Shown piece by piece: positions 30,272 through 39,813 of a DNA stretch of 64,000 nt (the first letter of the stretch is position 1; the number at the start of each line of letters is the position of its first letter). The position numbers were made by a program, and so were the translations under genes. Under the pieces are notes generated by a model. It saw only the letters and a program-made list of their open reading frames with translations. It searched no databases and was not told the origin of the DNA. Source of the DNA: Thermoanaerobaculia bacterium (GTDB lineage Bacteria; Acidobacteriota; Thermoanaerobaculia; Multivoradales; UBA5704); NCBI GenBank assembly GCA_035995205.1, contig DASYKS010000091.1:2085-66084 (forward strand). Direction: 5' to 3'.

Positions 30272-31836
30272 CTGGCGTACTCGATCGAGCGGGTCTCGCG
30301 GATGACGGTGATCTTGATCTGGCCGGGATAGGTGAGCTCGGCTTCGACCTTTCTCGCGATGTCCTTGGACAGCCAGAGCGCCTGATCGTCCGACAGCTTG
30401 CCGCTGTCGACGATGATTCGCACCTCGCGGCCGGCCTGGATCGCGAAGGTCTTCTGTACTCCCTTGAAGCTGGAGGCGATCTCTTCCAGTTTTTCCAACC
30501 GTTTGACGTAGGTTTCGAGCACCTCGCGCCGGGCGCCGGGGCGGGCGGCGGAGAGCGCGTCGGCCGCGGTGACCAGCACCGCCTCGACCGTCTGCGGGTC
30601 GTAGTCGCCGTGGTGGCAGGCCATGCCGTGGACGACCTCCTCGGTCTCGCCGTACTTCCGCAGCAGCTCGATGCCGAGCTGGAGGTGGGTGCCTTCCATC
30701 TCGCGGTCGATCGCCTTGCCGATGTCGTGCAGGATACCGGCGCGCCGCGCGACCTGGACGTTCGCCTTCAGCTCGGCGGCCATCGCTCCCGCCAGGAACG
30801 CGACCTCGCGGCTGTGGTGCAGGACGTTCTGGCCGTACGAGGTGCGATAGCGCAGGCGGCCGAGCAGCTTGATCAGCTCGGGATGGAGATCCGGAATGCC
30901 CAGCTCCAAGAGCGCCGCCTCCCCTTCGTTGAAGATCTTCTGCTCGAACTCGGCCTTGACCTTCTCGACCACCTCTTCGATCCGCGCCGGATGGATGCGG
31001 CCGTCGGTGATCAGCCGTTCGAGTGCCACGCGCGCGACCTCGCGGCGGAACGGATCGAAGCCGGAGAGGATCACCGCCTCGGGCGTGTCGTCGACGATCA
31101 GGTCGACCCCGGTCGCGGTTTCCAGAGCGCGGATGTTGCGCCCTTCGCGGCCGATGATCCGCCCCTTCATCTCATCGTTCGGCAGCATGACCACCGAGAC
31201 CGTCGCCTCCGACACGTAGTCGGAGGCGGCCCGCTGGACCGCCATGCCGATGATCCGTTGCGCCTGCTTGTGCGCCGTCTCGCGCGCCTCGTCCTCCAGG
31301 CGCTTGACGATGTTGGCGGCCTCCATGCGGGCGTCCTGCTCGAGCGAGCGGACCAGCTCCTCGCGCGCCTGCTGGGCGGTCAAGCCCGCGATGTGCTCCA
31401 GCTTCTCGCGCTCCTCGGCGAGCAGCCGCGCCACCTCGGCCTCCTTTTCCACCACCGTCTGCTCGCGGCCGCCGAGGGTGCGCTCCCGCGTCGCCACCTC
31501 GCGGTCGCGCTGCGAGAGGTCTTCGGTCCGCTTGTCGAGGGTGTCTTCCTTCTGGGTCAGGCGGCGCTCGACCTGTTCGAGCTCGGACCGGCGCTTGCGC
31601 GAGGCGCTCTCGAACTCGCCGCGCGCCTGGAGCAACTTTTCCTTGGCGGCCAGCTCGGCCTCGCGGACCTTGGTCTCGCCCGTACGCTCGGCGTCTTCGA
31701 GGATCTGTTTGGCGCGCTGCTCAGCTTCGAGACGAAGACGCGCCGCTTCCCGCTTGCCCCAGCGGAGCAGGAAAAAGGAGATGGCAATCGCGACCAGGAC
31801 CAGGGCCGCGATGAAAACCAACAGATTCGTGCTCAA
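30268..31836 (-). CDS. rny: Ribonuclease Y
   Basis: N-terminal TM helix, coiled-coil region, KH domain ([27 protein letters not shown]) and HD domain (LHDIGKA...HHGDYDP). Confidence 0.9.
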   Translation of the reverse strand: MSTNLLVFIAALVLVAIAISFFLLRWGKREAARLRLEAEQRAKQILEDAERTGETKVREAELAAKEKLLQARGEFESASRKRRSELEQVERRLTQKEDTLDKRTEDLSQRDREVATRERTLGGREQTVVEKEAEVARLLAEEREKLEHIAGLTAQQAREELVRSLEQDARMEAANIVKRLEDEARETAHKQAQRIIGMAVQRAASDYVSEATVSVVMLPNDEMKGRIIGREGRNIRALETATGVDLIVDDTPEAVILSGFDPFRREVARVALERLITDGRIHPARIEEVVEKVKAEFEQKIFNEGEAALLELGIPDLHPELIKLLGRLRYRTSYGQNVLHHSREVAFLAGAMAAELKANVQVARRAGILHDIGKAIDREMEGTHLQLGIELLRKYGETEEVVHGMACHHGDYDPQTVEAVLVTAADALSAARPGARREVLETYVKRLEKLEEIASSFKGVQKTFAIQAGREVRIIVDSGKLSDDQALWLSKDIARKVEAELTYPGQIKITVIRETRSIEYAR

Positions 31837-31894
31837 TTCGACCTCCCCGTCAAAGGGAGGGTCGGGGGCGATTCCTCGAGAGTGCGTGCGGCGG

Positions 31895-32105
31895 ATTAAA
31901 AATGCGCATCCCCCGCGGATACGAGTGGACTGTGCGTTTTAGAACCTGTAACGAAAACAGGTGGGTGCCCTCTCCTCGAGCCGTTAGCGTCCTCGTACGA
32001 GCGAGGCTGGCACGGGCCACGCGGAATCTGAGCTCCCGGGGGTATAACGTTGGTTCTACGATCGTTAAGCCCATCTCGCACCATCCAGGGGATGCGCACG
32101 CAAAA
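31895..32105 (-). ncRNA. ssrS: Candidate 6S RNA (SsrS) downstream of zapA
   Basis: Same zapA-ssrS order as E. coli. An 11-bp perfect long-range stem (31901-31911 tgcgcatcccc / 32088-32098 ggggatgcgca) plus a 4-bp extension encloses ~175 nt. The 5' end reads UCUGAGAU like E. coli 6S. CCCCUG motifs lie on both arms. Confidence 0.5.
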
Positions 32106-32112
32106 TCATATC

Positions 32113-32484
32113 TCAGAAGGACTCGGTCGCCGTCCCCGCCGGATCCTCGGCGAGGGCCTCGTCCAACTCCTTCACCAACTCGAACACTCTCTCTCGAACT
32201 TCGACCCGTTCCCCTTCTTGCCGTCTTTGCAGCTGCGAGAGCTCATCGGCCAGGTTGAGCGCGGCGAGAATTGCGATCCGCGCCGTATCCTGCGTCCGCA
32301 CCTGCCTTGCGATCTCGCGCATCTTGCCATCGACAAGATCCGCGAGCGCCTGGACATGGCCGCCCCCGTCGCTGCCGCGGATGTTGTACGCGGCGCCGAA
32401 GATCCGCACCTCGGTGGTGTCGATTCCCGTGCTCAAGCGTCGTCCTCCGCGCTGTCCATGGGCCGACAAGTGGTTTGAACCCAT
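32113..32484 (-). CDS. zapA: Cell division protein ZapA
   Basis: TTEVRIFGAAYNIRGSDGGGHVQALADLVDGKMREI matches the ZapA core (x-I-x-G-x-x-Y-x-I). C-terminal coiled coil. The start could be the internal TTG at 32438. Confidence 0.7.
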   Translation of the reverse strand: MGSNHLSAHGQRGGRRLSTGIDTTEVRIFGAAYNIRGSDGGGHVQALADLVDGKMREIARQVRTQDTARIAILAALNLADELSQLQRRQEGERVEVRERVFELVKELDEALAEDPAGTATESF

Positions 32485-32534
32485 AGACTTGGCCAGGACT
32501 ATAGCACAGGTCGCCCGCTCGGCTCGGACGCCCT

Positions 32535-32940
32535 ACGGGAGCCTGTCCGAGGCAGCCCGACCCGCGGGCGCCGCCTCCCGTTGGTAGGGCGAGGATTCCC
32601 GGCTTTCGCAATTCGGACGGGAACGTTTGCCGCCTCATCAGGAAGGATTCCCGTAGAAACGGTAAACAGTCCCGCATTCAGGGGTTTGATTGCCGTATCC
32701 ACTGGAAGGATTCCCGTCTACGCAGGCATACTACCCGCACAAAAGGGAAAGGCAGCCCAAAAAACAGTGATTTTCCCCTACTTCAAGGGCCTGGTTCCCG
32801 TCGCTACGGCTGTAAATGCCGTAAATCCGGTGAATAAAGCCGCCTGGATCGCGATACTATCCTGTTTCACGGGAGTCATTCTCCTCTGGACGGCAAAGAG
32901 TGCTTCCTCTACGGGAATCGCCCCCTCCTGCCAGGGAATC
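32535..32940. repeat. Array of about nine copies, in both orientations, of a GATTCCCGTAG-like motif (core TTCCCGT) in a ~470-bp lower-GC intergenic region
   Basis: Read directly: ggattcccggc (32593), rc acgggaacg (32617), ggaaggattcccgtag (32641), ggaaggattcccgtctacg (32704), ggttcccgtcgctacgg (32794), rc cacgggagtc (32868), rc ctacgggaatcg (32908), rc ccagggaatc (32931) and rc ctacgggagc (32536). Confidence 0.45.
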
Positions 32941-32956
32941 AGAAAGGAGCTGAATC

Positions 32957-33304
32957 ATGACCAAGAAAGCAGCCTTCGCAGACCTCCTCCTGGAGTGGGA
33001 CCAACTGCTCGACGCGGCGAACGACAACGGAGAGGCGATGGCTCTGGCCGCGTCCCTGCGGGCGGAATTCGCACAGACGGTGGAGCGGGCTCGGGAGCTC
33101 AAGGCCCGTCAGGACTCTCTTTCCGCGAGCCGCCAAGAGGCGACCCAGCGACTCGCCGAGACCGTGGAAACGGCGGTCGACCAAGCCCGCCGCCTGCAGC
33201 AGATGGCCAAAGCGCTGCTCGGCCCGTCCAACGAGCGGCTGGTGCAGTTCCTGGTCGCCCCCCTACGCGGTCGACGGCGCATTCCCGCACGGCCCGTCTC
33301 GTAA
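32957..33304 (+). CDS. Hypothetical coiled-coil protein
   Basis: 115-aa ORF preceded by AGGAG. Largely helical, Ala/Glu/Arg-rich. Confidence 0.45.
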   Translation: MTKKAAFADLLLEWDQLLDAANDNGEAMALAASLRAEFAQTVERARELKARQDSLSASRQEATQRLAETVETAVDQARRLQQMAKALLGPSNERLVQFLVAPLRGRRRIPARPVS

Positions 33305-33367
33305 GCGGGATCGAAGGGTGGGGGGGCGCCTGACAATCCGGGCGACCGATCGGTCGAACCTCGTAGA

Positions 33368-34405
33368 ATGCCGATCCTCGTGGGCCTCTACCCGCTGCTT
33401 CGTCCTCTTCTCTTCTGCCTCGATGCCGAAACCGGCCACGAGGTCGGCCTCGCTGCGCTCCGGGCGGCGCAAACGCTGCCGGGCTGGACGGCATTGGGCG
33501 TCCGCCGTAGCCGTGCGGCCGATTCGCGCCTTGCGCGGCCGCTGCTGGGAACGACTTTTCCGAACCCGATCGGCCTCGCGGCCGGATTCGACAAGGACGG
33601 CCGCGCCGTGCGGGGTCTCGCCGCGCTCGGATTCGGCTTCGTCGAGATCGGCACGGTAACGCCGCTGCCGCAATCGGGCAACCCGCGCCCCCGGATGTTT
33701 CGGCATCCGAAGCTTGGCACCCTGCAAAACGCGCTCGGCTTCAACAACCGGGGGATGGCCGCGATGGTGGCTGCGCTCGCCGCGCTCGAACGGCTCGGGC
33801 CGCCGCCGGTGCCGCTCGGCATCAACCTGGGAAAAAACAAGGCGACGCCGCCCGAGCGGGCGATCGACGACTACGAGATCCTCCTCCGCGGCCTAGAGCG
33901 CTTCGCCGACTACCTGGTGATCAATCTCTCCTCGCCGAACACGCCCGGCTTGCGCGACCTCCAGAACGAGAGCTTCCTGCGCGAGCTGTTCCGCCGTGCG
34001 GAAGCAATCACCGCCAAGCCGATCCTGGTGAAGATTTCCCCCGACCTCCTCCCCGCCGCCGCGGCCGAGCTCACCACCGCCGCGCTCGACCAAGGAGCTG
34101 CCGGCCTGATCGCCACGAATACGACGATCGACTACGACCTGGTGCCGGGCTGCGAGCCGCGCGGCGGTCTCTCCGGCCGGATTCTCCGCGCGCGAAGCTT
34201 CGCGATGCTCCAGGCAATCGCCCCCCGCATCCGTGATCGGGGAGTATTGATCGCCGTCGGCGGCATCGACTCGGGAGAAGAAGCCCTCCGCCGCCTGGAC
34301 GCGGGGGCTCACCTGGTCCAGCTCTATACCGGAATGGTCTTCGAAGGCCCCGGTTTGCCGCGGAGGATGGTGCGCGAGATGGCGGCAAGGACGGCCGAGA
34401 AGTAG
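33368..34405 (+). CDS. pyrD: Dihydroorotate dehydrogenase (quinone), class 2
   Basis: FPNPIGLAAGFDKDG...GFGFVEIGTVTP...INLGKNK...SSPNTPGLR are PyrD signatures. N-terminal membrane-association helix. Confidence 0.9.
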   Translation: MPILVGLYPLLRPLLFCLDAETGHEVGLAALRAAQTLPGWTALGVRRSRAADSRLARPLLGTTFPNPIGLAAGFDKDGRAVRGLAALGFGFVEIGTVTPLPQSGNPRPRMFRHPKLGTLQNALGFNNRGMAAMVAALAALERLGPPPVPLGINLGKNKATPPERAIDDYEILLRGLERFADYLVINLSSPNTPGLRDLQNESFLRELFRRAEAITAKPILVKISPDLLPAAAAELTTAALDQGAAGLIATNTTIDYDLVPGCEPRGGLSGRILRARSFAMLQAIAPRIRDRGVLIAVGGIDSGEEALRRLDAGAHLVQLYTGMVFEGPGLPRRMVREMAARTAEK

Positions 34406-34515
34406 GTCGAGTCCTGAGCGAACTCGAAGAACCACGACGCGAACATGAACGAAAAGCGAGGCCGAAGCCCGCTATCGCGCCGGGACTCGGTCGTGTTCGA
34501 CCAACCTTGCGGGAT

Positions 34516-34812
34516 TCAAGCCGTTCGAAGACGCCTACGAGTCCAGGAAGAGCTCCGCCTGCAATCCAACACGGAGCGGACGCGGACAGTGTCCGCCTCG
34601 ACCGTGTAGTAGATCGCGTAGGGGAAGCGCTTCGAAAGGGCGCGGTGCTTGTCGTAAACGACACGATGAATCCCCGCATACACGAGGAGGGAATCGATGT
34701 CCGAGTACAGGGAGTCGAGAAAGTAGTTGCCTAAGCCGGCAGCTTGCCGCTCGTAGAAGTGGTAGCCATCCACGAGATCCTCCGTAGCGGCCGAGAGGAT
34801 CTCGATCTTCAT
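34516..34812 (-). CDS. ParE/RelE family type II toxin
   Basis: MKIEILSAATEDLVDGYHFYERQAAGLG...AIYYTVEADTVRVRSVLDCRR. Start overlaps the upstream antitoxin stop (ATGA). Lower GC. Confidence 0.65.
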   Translation of the reverse strand: MKIEILSAATEDLVDGYHFYERQAAGLGNYFLDSLYSDIDSLLVYAGIHRVVYDKHRALSKRFPYAIYYTVEADTVRVRSVLDCRRSSSWTRRRLRTA

Positions 34813-35030
34813 GAAACGCGTTTGCGGATGTCCACTTTGGCCTGATCCCAATCCATGAAGCTGGCCTCGCCGGTTTCGAGCTGCCGCTCTCGCTCGATCA
34901 GAACCTCTTCATGCCAGGCGGGAGACTCTAGTTCGGCGTTGCGGCTCAAGTCTTCCCACAGCGCCTCCATGGCTTGAAGCTTCTCTTCGATGGACATCTC
35001 GCTCAGGGGGAGGACTTGAGCTAGGTTCAT
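34809..35030 (-). CDS. Putative addiction-module antitoxin (TIGR02574-like)
   Basis: MSIEEKLQAMEALWEDLSRNAELESPAWHEEVLIERERQLETGEASFMDWDQAKVDIRKR is the hallmark of this antidote family. Confidence 0.6.
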   Translation of the reverse strand: MNLAQVLPLSEMSIEEKLQAMEALWEDLSRNAELESPAWHEEVLIERERQLETGEASFMDWDQAKVDIRKRVS

Positions 35031-35063
35031 GACGGGATCGTAACCCACGGAGCCCAAGGTTGC

Positions 35064-37745
35064 TCAGCTCTGCCGAAGCGCCACCACCGGATCGAGATCC
35101 GCGGCCCGGCTGGCGGGGAGGTAGGCGGCGAGGAGTGCCGCGGCGGCCAGGAGGGCGGCGGAGAGCGCGAAGGTGGCCGGGTCGGTCGGGCTGACTTCGA
35201 AAAGGAGGGACGCCATCGAGCGGGTGAGCGCGTAGGAGGCCGCGGCGCCGAGGGCGATGCCGAGCAGGGTCGCGAGCGTGTTGTGGCCGACGACGAGGGC
35301 GAGAACGGAGCCGCGCCGCGCGCCGAGGGCCATGCGGATACCGATCTCCCTTCGACGCTGGACGACGAAGTAGTTGGTGGCGCCCCAGATCCCGACCCAC
35401 GCGAGGGTGAGCGCGAGGAGCGCGAAGGAGCCGAGAAGGAGGGTGCGGAACTGCGGCTGGGCGACCGCGTCTGCTACCAGGTCGGACATCGGTCGCGGGC
35501 GGATCACCGGCAGGGTCGGATCGACCCGGGCGAGCTCGCGACGCGCGAGGTCGGCGACCAGGGCGGGCTCGGCCGAGCTGCGGATCACCACCGAGATTCC
35601 GCGCGCCCAGTTGGAGGTAAATCCGGGGTCGAGTTGGACGTACGGAAGCAGAACCTCGGGCTTCGACGCCGCGTCGAGACCACGGTGGCGAACGTCGGCG
35701 ACGATGCCCACGACCGTTTGCCAGGGACCCTCCGGCCCGTCCACTGAGATCCGCCGGCCGATGGCGTCTCGGCCCGGCCAGTAGCGGCGCGCGAACGCCT
35801 GGTTGACCAGCGCCACGGGGAGCGCGCCGTCTCGGTCTCGGCCGTCGAAGCTCCGACCACGCAGGACCGGAATGCCCATCGCCTTGAGGTAGCCCGAACT
35901 GATGCCGTGCAGGCTGGCGGTGGGATCGCCGGCTTCGGCCGGCGGCGTGTACCCTTCGATCGAGAAGCTGTTTTCCAGATCCTGGCCGGAGAGCGGCAGA
36001 TGGGTCGTTGCGCCTACGCTCTCGAACAACGGCTGCGCCGCGAGCTGGTCGAGCAGCCGGCGCTCGAAGCTCCGCATCGCGATTGCGTCGGGAAATCGCG
36101 ACGAGGGCATCACCACGTCGAACGTCGAAGCGCCGTTTGGGTCGAATCCCAGCTCGACCCCGCGCAGGTTGGCGAAGCTCCGCACGGCAAGCCCCGCGCC
36201 GGTCAAGAGCACGAGCGAAACGGCCACCTGGGCGACGAGCGTGGCCGCGCGCAGCCGCTGATGACGCCGGCCCGTGGTAACCGAACGTCCTCGAAGCTCG
36301 GCAAGGCCTCCCGCGTCGTCCGCGGCGCGGCCGGCCGTGTCGAGCGCCGGAGCGAGACCGAAAACCAGTGCGGCGGTAAAGGAAACCAAGGTGGCGAACA
36401 GCAGCACGCGGCCGTCCAGGGCCGCCTGGTCGAGGCGCTGCAAGTCGCTCGGTCCGAACGCCTGGACCGCGCGCAGCACGCCTTGGGCGAAGACCAGCCC
36501 GGCGAGCGCGCCGAGCCCGTACAGCACCAGGGTTTCCGTCAGCAGCTGGCGGACCAGGCGGAGCTTGCCGCCGCCGAGCGCGGCGCGGGTCGCCATCTCG
36601 TTACGCCGCGCTCCGGCGCGCGCGAGTTGCAGGCTGGTGACGTTGGCGCAGGCGACAAGCAGCACGAAGCCCACCGCGCCGAGCAGGAGGTAGAGCGCGG
36701 GACGCGCGGCCCCGACGTATTCTTCGGTGAGCGAGGCCATGACGATCCCGGTATGACCGTCATTTTCCGGAAACCGCTCGGCAAGCCCACGGCCGACGGC
36801 CGAAAGGTCGGCCTGCGCCTGCTCGGGTGATACCCCCGGCTTCAACCGCCCGACCACCTGGAGGTAGCGCGACGAGCGATTGATCGGCAAACCTTCGCTC
36901 ACCCCGCGGAACGGGAATGGGGTCCACAGCTCGTAGTGCTTGTCCGGATAGGAGAAACCGGGCGGCAGCACCCCGATCACCACGAACGGTTTGTCATTGG
37001 CGATGACGGTCCGGCCGACGATCTTGGGATCGCTTCCGAAGCGGCGTTGCCAGAGCGAGTGGCCGAGCAACATCACCTGGTCGCGGCCGGTCTCGTTCTC
37101 CTCCCGGCGGAAGCGGCGGCCGAGGATCGGCTCGACGCCGAGCACGTCGAACAGCTCGGCCGAGACGACCTGGCCGAAAACCCGTTCCGGCTCCCCGCCG
37201 CCATCGCCCGCGCCCCCGGCGAGATTGAATCCGGTGCCGACGTGCGCCGCGAGCGCCGAAAACGTTCGGTTCTGGCTCTGCCAATCGAGAAAATCGAGCG
37301 GCGCCGCGCGCGTGCGCCCGACCTCCGCGGCCTCGTGATCCTGATAGAGGGCAAAGAGGCGATCGGGCTGCGGATAGGGAAGAGGGCGAAGAAGGACCGC
37401 CTCGACCACGCTCGATACGGCCGTGTTCGCCCCGATCCCGAGCGCCAAGGTGAGCATCGTGGCGAGCGCAAACCCGGGGTTCCGCCGCAAGGTTCGCAGG
37501 CCGAGCCGGGCGTCCTCGACCAGGGTCTCTAGGAACACGAAGGTGTCGGCGTCGCGCGTCCGCTCGCGCAAAACGAGCGCGTTACCCAACGCCCGCTCAG
37601 CCCGCCGGCTCGCCGCGTCGGAAGCGAGCCCTTCGGCCTCGTGCTCGCGGGCTCGCATCTCGACGTGGAACGCCAGCTCCTCATCGATCTCGCGCGCCAG
37701 GCGCCCGGGACGAATCAAATTGCCGAGCCGACCGAGAAAGGACAT
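35064..37745 (-). CDS. ADOP family ABC transporter permease (MacB-like, duplicated FtsX)
   Basis: 893 aa from MSFLGRLGNLIRPGRLAREIDEELAFHVEMRAREH. Two FtsX modules. C-terminus LDPVVALRQS. The track ORF has a 20-codon upstream extension. Confidence 0.85.
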   Translation of the reverse strand: MSFLGRLGNLIRPGRLAREIDEELAFHVEMRAREHEAEGLASDAASRRAERALGNALVLRERTRDADTFVFLETLVEDARLGLRTLRRNPGFALATMLTLALGIGANTAVSSVVEAVLLRPLPYPQPDRLFALYQDHEAAEVGRTRAAPLDFLDWQSQNRTFSALAAHVGTGFNLAGGAGDGGGEPERVFGQVVSAELFDVLGVEPILGRRFRREENETGRDQVMLLGHSLWQRRFGSDPKIVGRTVIANDKPFVVIGVLPPGFSYPDKHYELWTPFPFRGVSEGLPINRSSRYLQVVGRLKPGVSPEQAQADLSAVGRGLAERFPENDGHTGIVMASLTEEYVGAARPALYLLLGAVGFVLLVACANVTSLQLARAGARRNEMATRAALGGGKLRLVRQLLTETLVLYGLGALAGLVFAQGVLRAVQAFGPSDLQRLDQAALDGRVLLFATLVSFTAALVFGLAPALDTAGRAADDAGGLAELRGRSVTTGRRHQRLRAATLVAQVAVSLVLLTGAGLAVRSFANLRGVELGFDPNGASTFDVVMPSSRFPDAIAMRSFERRLLDQLAAQPLFESVGATTHLPLSGQDLENSFSIEGYTPPAEAGDPTASLHGISSGYLKAMGIPVLRGRSFDGRDRDGALPVALVNQAFARRYWPGRDAIGRRISVDGPEGPWQTVVGIVADVRHRGLDAASKPEVLLPYVQLDPGFTSNWARGISVVIRSSAEPALVADLARRELARVDPTLPVIRPRPMSDLVADAVAQPQFRTLLLGSFALLALTLAWVGIWGATNYFVVQRRREIGIRMALGARRGSVLALVVGHNTLATLLGIALGAAASYALTRSMASLLFEVSPTDPATFALSAALLAAAALLAAYLPASRAADLDPVVALRQS

Positions 37746-37756
37746 GGCGTCTCCCC

Positions 37757-38086
37757 TCAAGCGAATTCGAGCACCGCGGCCACACCGCGCGCGAGCCGTT
37801 GCCATTTCTCTTCTTCGACCGCGAGCTGCCTCTTGCCCTTAGCGGTCAAGCGGTAGACGCGCGCCCGGCGGCCCTTCTCCGACTCGCTCCATTCCCCTTT
37901 GAGCAGGCCCGCCTGCTCCAGCCGATGGAGCGCCGGATAGAGCGAGCCCTCTTCCACCCGCAGCAGATCCCCCGACGCCGCTTGAATATGCACCGCGATC
38001 CCGAAGCCATGAAGCGGCCCGCGTTCCAAAGTGCGCAGCACCAGTAGGTCGAGAGTTCCCTGGAGCACGTTGTCGCGCTTGCTCAT
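37757..38086 (-). CDS. PadR family transcriptional regulator
   Basis: LQGTLDLLVLRTLERGPLHGFGIAVHIQAASGDLLRVEEGSLYPALHRLEQAGLL. Classic PadR directly upstream of an ADOP permease. Confidence 0.85.
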   Translation of the reverse strand: MSKRDNVLQGTLDLLVLRTLERGPLHGFGIAVHIQAASGDLLRVEEGSLYPALHRLEQAGLLKGEWSESEKGRRARVYRLTAKGKRQLAVEEEKWQRLARGVAAVLEFA

Positions 38087-38103
38087 CGTTTCACCTAGAC
38101 GGC

Positions 38104-38133
38104 TAGGTTAGCGCGAAGGAGGCCTAGATGTCT
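38104..38133. promoter_or_regulatory. CTAG-rich inverted repeats upstream of padR. Candidate PadR operator.
   Basis: cctagacggctagg and cctagatgtctagg (6-2-6 palindrome). Four CTAG tetramers within 45 bp of a 70% GC genome. Confidence 0.3.
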
Positions 38134-38274
38134 AGGTCGTCCTTGGATCTCATCTCGAGCCGTCCTTCCTTTGGTCGTCGTTGACACCTAAACAGCCGTC
38201 AGCTAGCCTTCGAGAGTCCTGATTCCTCCGTATCGCTTGGGCCTGTTTCCGTTCTTTTCCTAAGGAAAATAGCA

Positions 38275-39261
38275 ATGAGATGGACGCCTTGGTTCCTCGT
38301 TATGGTTCTGGTCTCTTCTTCTGTATTCGCGCAAGTCGAAGTCGATCAGTGGAAAAATCTCGGTCGCGGCACGACGCTCTGGCCACAGGTCGGTCCAACC
38401 TGCTCTGGCGGGACGGCGCTAGATGGAAGCCTCGAAAACGGATATCGGGCTCTTTCTACAGCCGATGCGCGATTCGTTCAGCGCCTGACTCCGCCCACCT
38501 ATCCGTCCGGTCTAACCCGTGTCTGTGCATGTTGGATCGGCCGCGATCCTATAGATATGCCATTCAACTTTTTGATTTATGATGACGATGGACAAGGGGG
38601 AATCCCAGGCAAGTTGCTCGGCTCTGTTCCCTCAGTCGTCTCAATCCCAACGATATTCGGTCAGGAGTTCGTCGGCGAGAGTTGCGCTTTTCTCGACCTG
38701 CGTACCGAGTCAGGAGGTTTATACATCGGCGTCCAGTGGGACGCGGAAGCGTACATTGGTTTCTTCACCTGCAGCGACGAGAGCCTGACTACCCCACCGG
38801 CGAAAATGTATAGATCTAGCAATGGAGGACTGAACTGGCTTCCTGTGGCTGGTACCGTTTTCCCGAAAGCCAGAGCCCTCAGTTTTCGTGGTGAATTCGT
38901 CACTCTCGTCGATCCGGCCCCCCCTGCGGGACCGTGGTTGACCACCTCCGCGCTTCCGGGCTATCAGTTCAAATCGCAGATCGCCGGAAACCGCGCGGCG
39001 ACCCTGGTCGCGGATTGCGTGCCGGAGACGCTATGCCTCGCGGGGGCGATTCCCACCCGTGCGGAAGCCTTCGTGCGGATCATCGGCCCCCGCGGAAACG
39101 GTTTCCTGTGGCCGGAAGTGATTCGCTTCACCGTGGCCCAAGTCGAGCTCTGGATTCAGAAGACGCCGGCAGGCCCGATCAACTACTACAAACTGGCTGG
39201 AGTTTCCCAGGACAGCGACGTCCTGAACGGCCTGGTCGATCGCGAAGGTTTCTTGCCTTAG
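38275..39261 (+). CDS. Secreted hypothetical protein
   Basis: Signal peptide MRWTPWFLVMVLVSSSVFA. Lower GC. No recognised family. Its last 81 bp are duplicated at 40136-40216. Confidence 0.6.
   Translation: MRWTPWFLVMVLVSSSVFAQVEVDQWKNLGRGTTLWPQVGPTCSGGTALDGSLENGYRALSTADARFVQRLTPPTYPSGLTRVCACWIGRDPIDMPFNFLIYDDDGQGGIPGKLLGSVPSVVSIPTIFGQEFVGESCAFLDLRTESGGLYIGVQWDAEAYIGFFTCSDESLTTPPAKMYRSSNGGLNWLPVAGTVFPKARALSFRGEFVTLVDPAPPAGPWLTTSALPGYQFKSQIAGNRAATLVADCVPETLCLAGAIPTRAEAFVRIIGPRGNGFLWPEVIRFTVAQVELWIQKTPAGPINYYKLAGVSQDSDVLNGLVDREGFLP
39181..39261 (+). repeat. Direct repeat copy 1 (3' end of the secreted-protein gene)
   Basis: 81 bp, ~90% identical to 40136-40216. Both copies encode NYYKL(A/P)GVSQDSDVLNGLVDREGFLP*. 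Confidence 0.8.
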
Positions 39262-39477
39262 GCGCGGGACGACTCGCCCGGCGAGCCACCTGCGCCAGGT
39301 GACTCGCCCCTCAATCTCTATACCTACTGGTCGTAAGTATTCAGAAAGGCGAGCGCGTCGGCGTCGTCTAGACACTCGGCGCGGGCGTCGGGGGGGTGAC
39401 CGGCCAAGTCAAGCACGGCGCGCGCCGCATCCGAGCCGCCGGCACGGCTCTGGGGCCGGCGACAGGCGGTAGCATCC

Positions 39478-39813
39478 TCAGTGAAGGCAGGCGTCAACCA
39501 AGTCGAGGACGTCCTGAAGAAACTCGGCCGGCGCCCGCTCGACGAAACGGGCGCGGCGGCTGAGGTGATCGACGGACTTGACCTGCTCGACCATGACAAA
39601 ACCGGTCAGCGATGAAGAGTCCGGGAGGGGGAGGTGAAAGGGAAATCCGCGGTTTGTGTTGGTGATCGGGCAGACGATCGCCAGCCCCGTGTGCTGGTTG
39701 AAGAGATCTTTGCTGACGACCAGAGCAGGTCGGCGCCCTTTCTGTTCATGACCCGTTTGGGGGTCGAAGGAGAGGGTTACGAAATCGCCTTGCCTCGGCG
39801 TGTAGCGGGGCAC
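39478..39813 (-). CDS. MazF/PemK family type II toxin (endoribonuclease)
   Basis: MPRYTPRQGDFVTLSFDPQTGHEQKGRRPALVVSKDLFNQHTGLAIVCPITN is the PemK/MazF fold signature. Confidence 0.8.
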   Translation of the reverse strand: MPRYTPRQGDFVTLSFDPQTGHEQKGRRPALVVSKDLFNQHTGLAIVCPITNTNRGFPFHLPLPDSSSLTGFVMVEQVKSVDHLSRRARFVERAPAEFLQDVLDLVDACLH

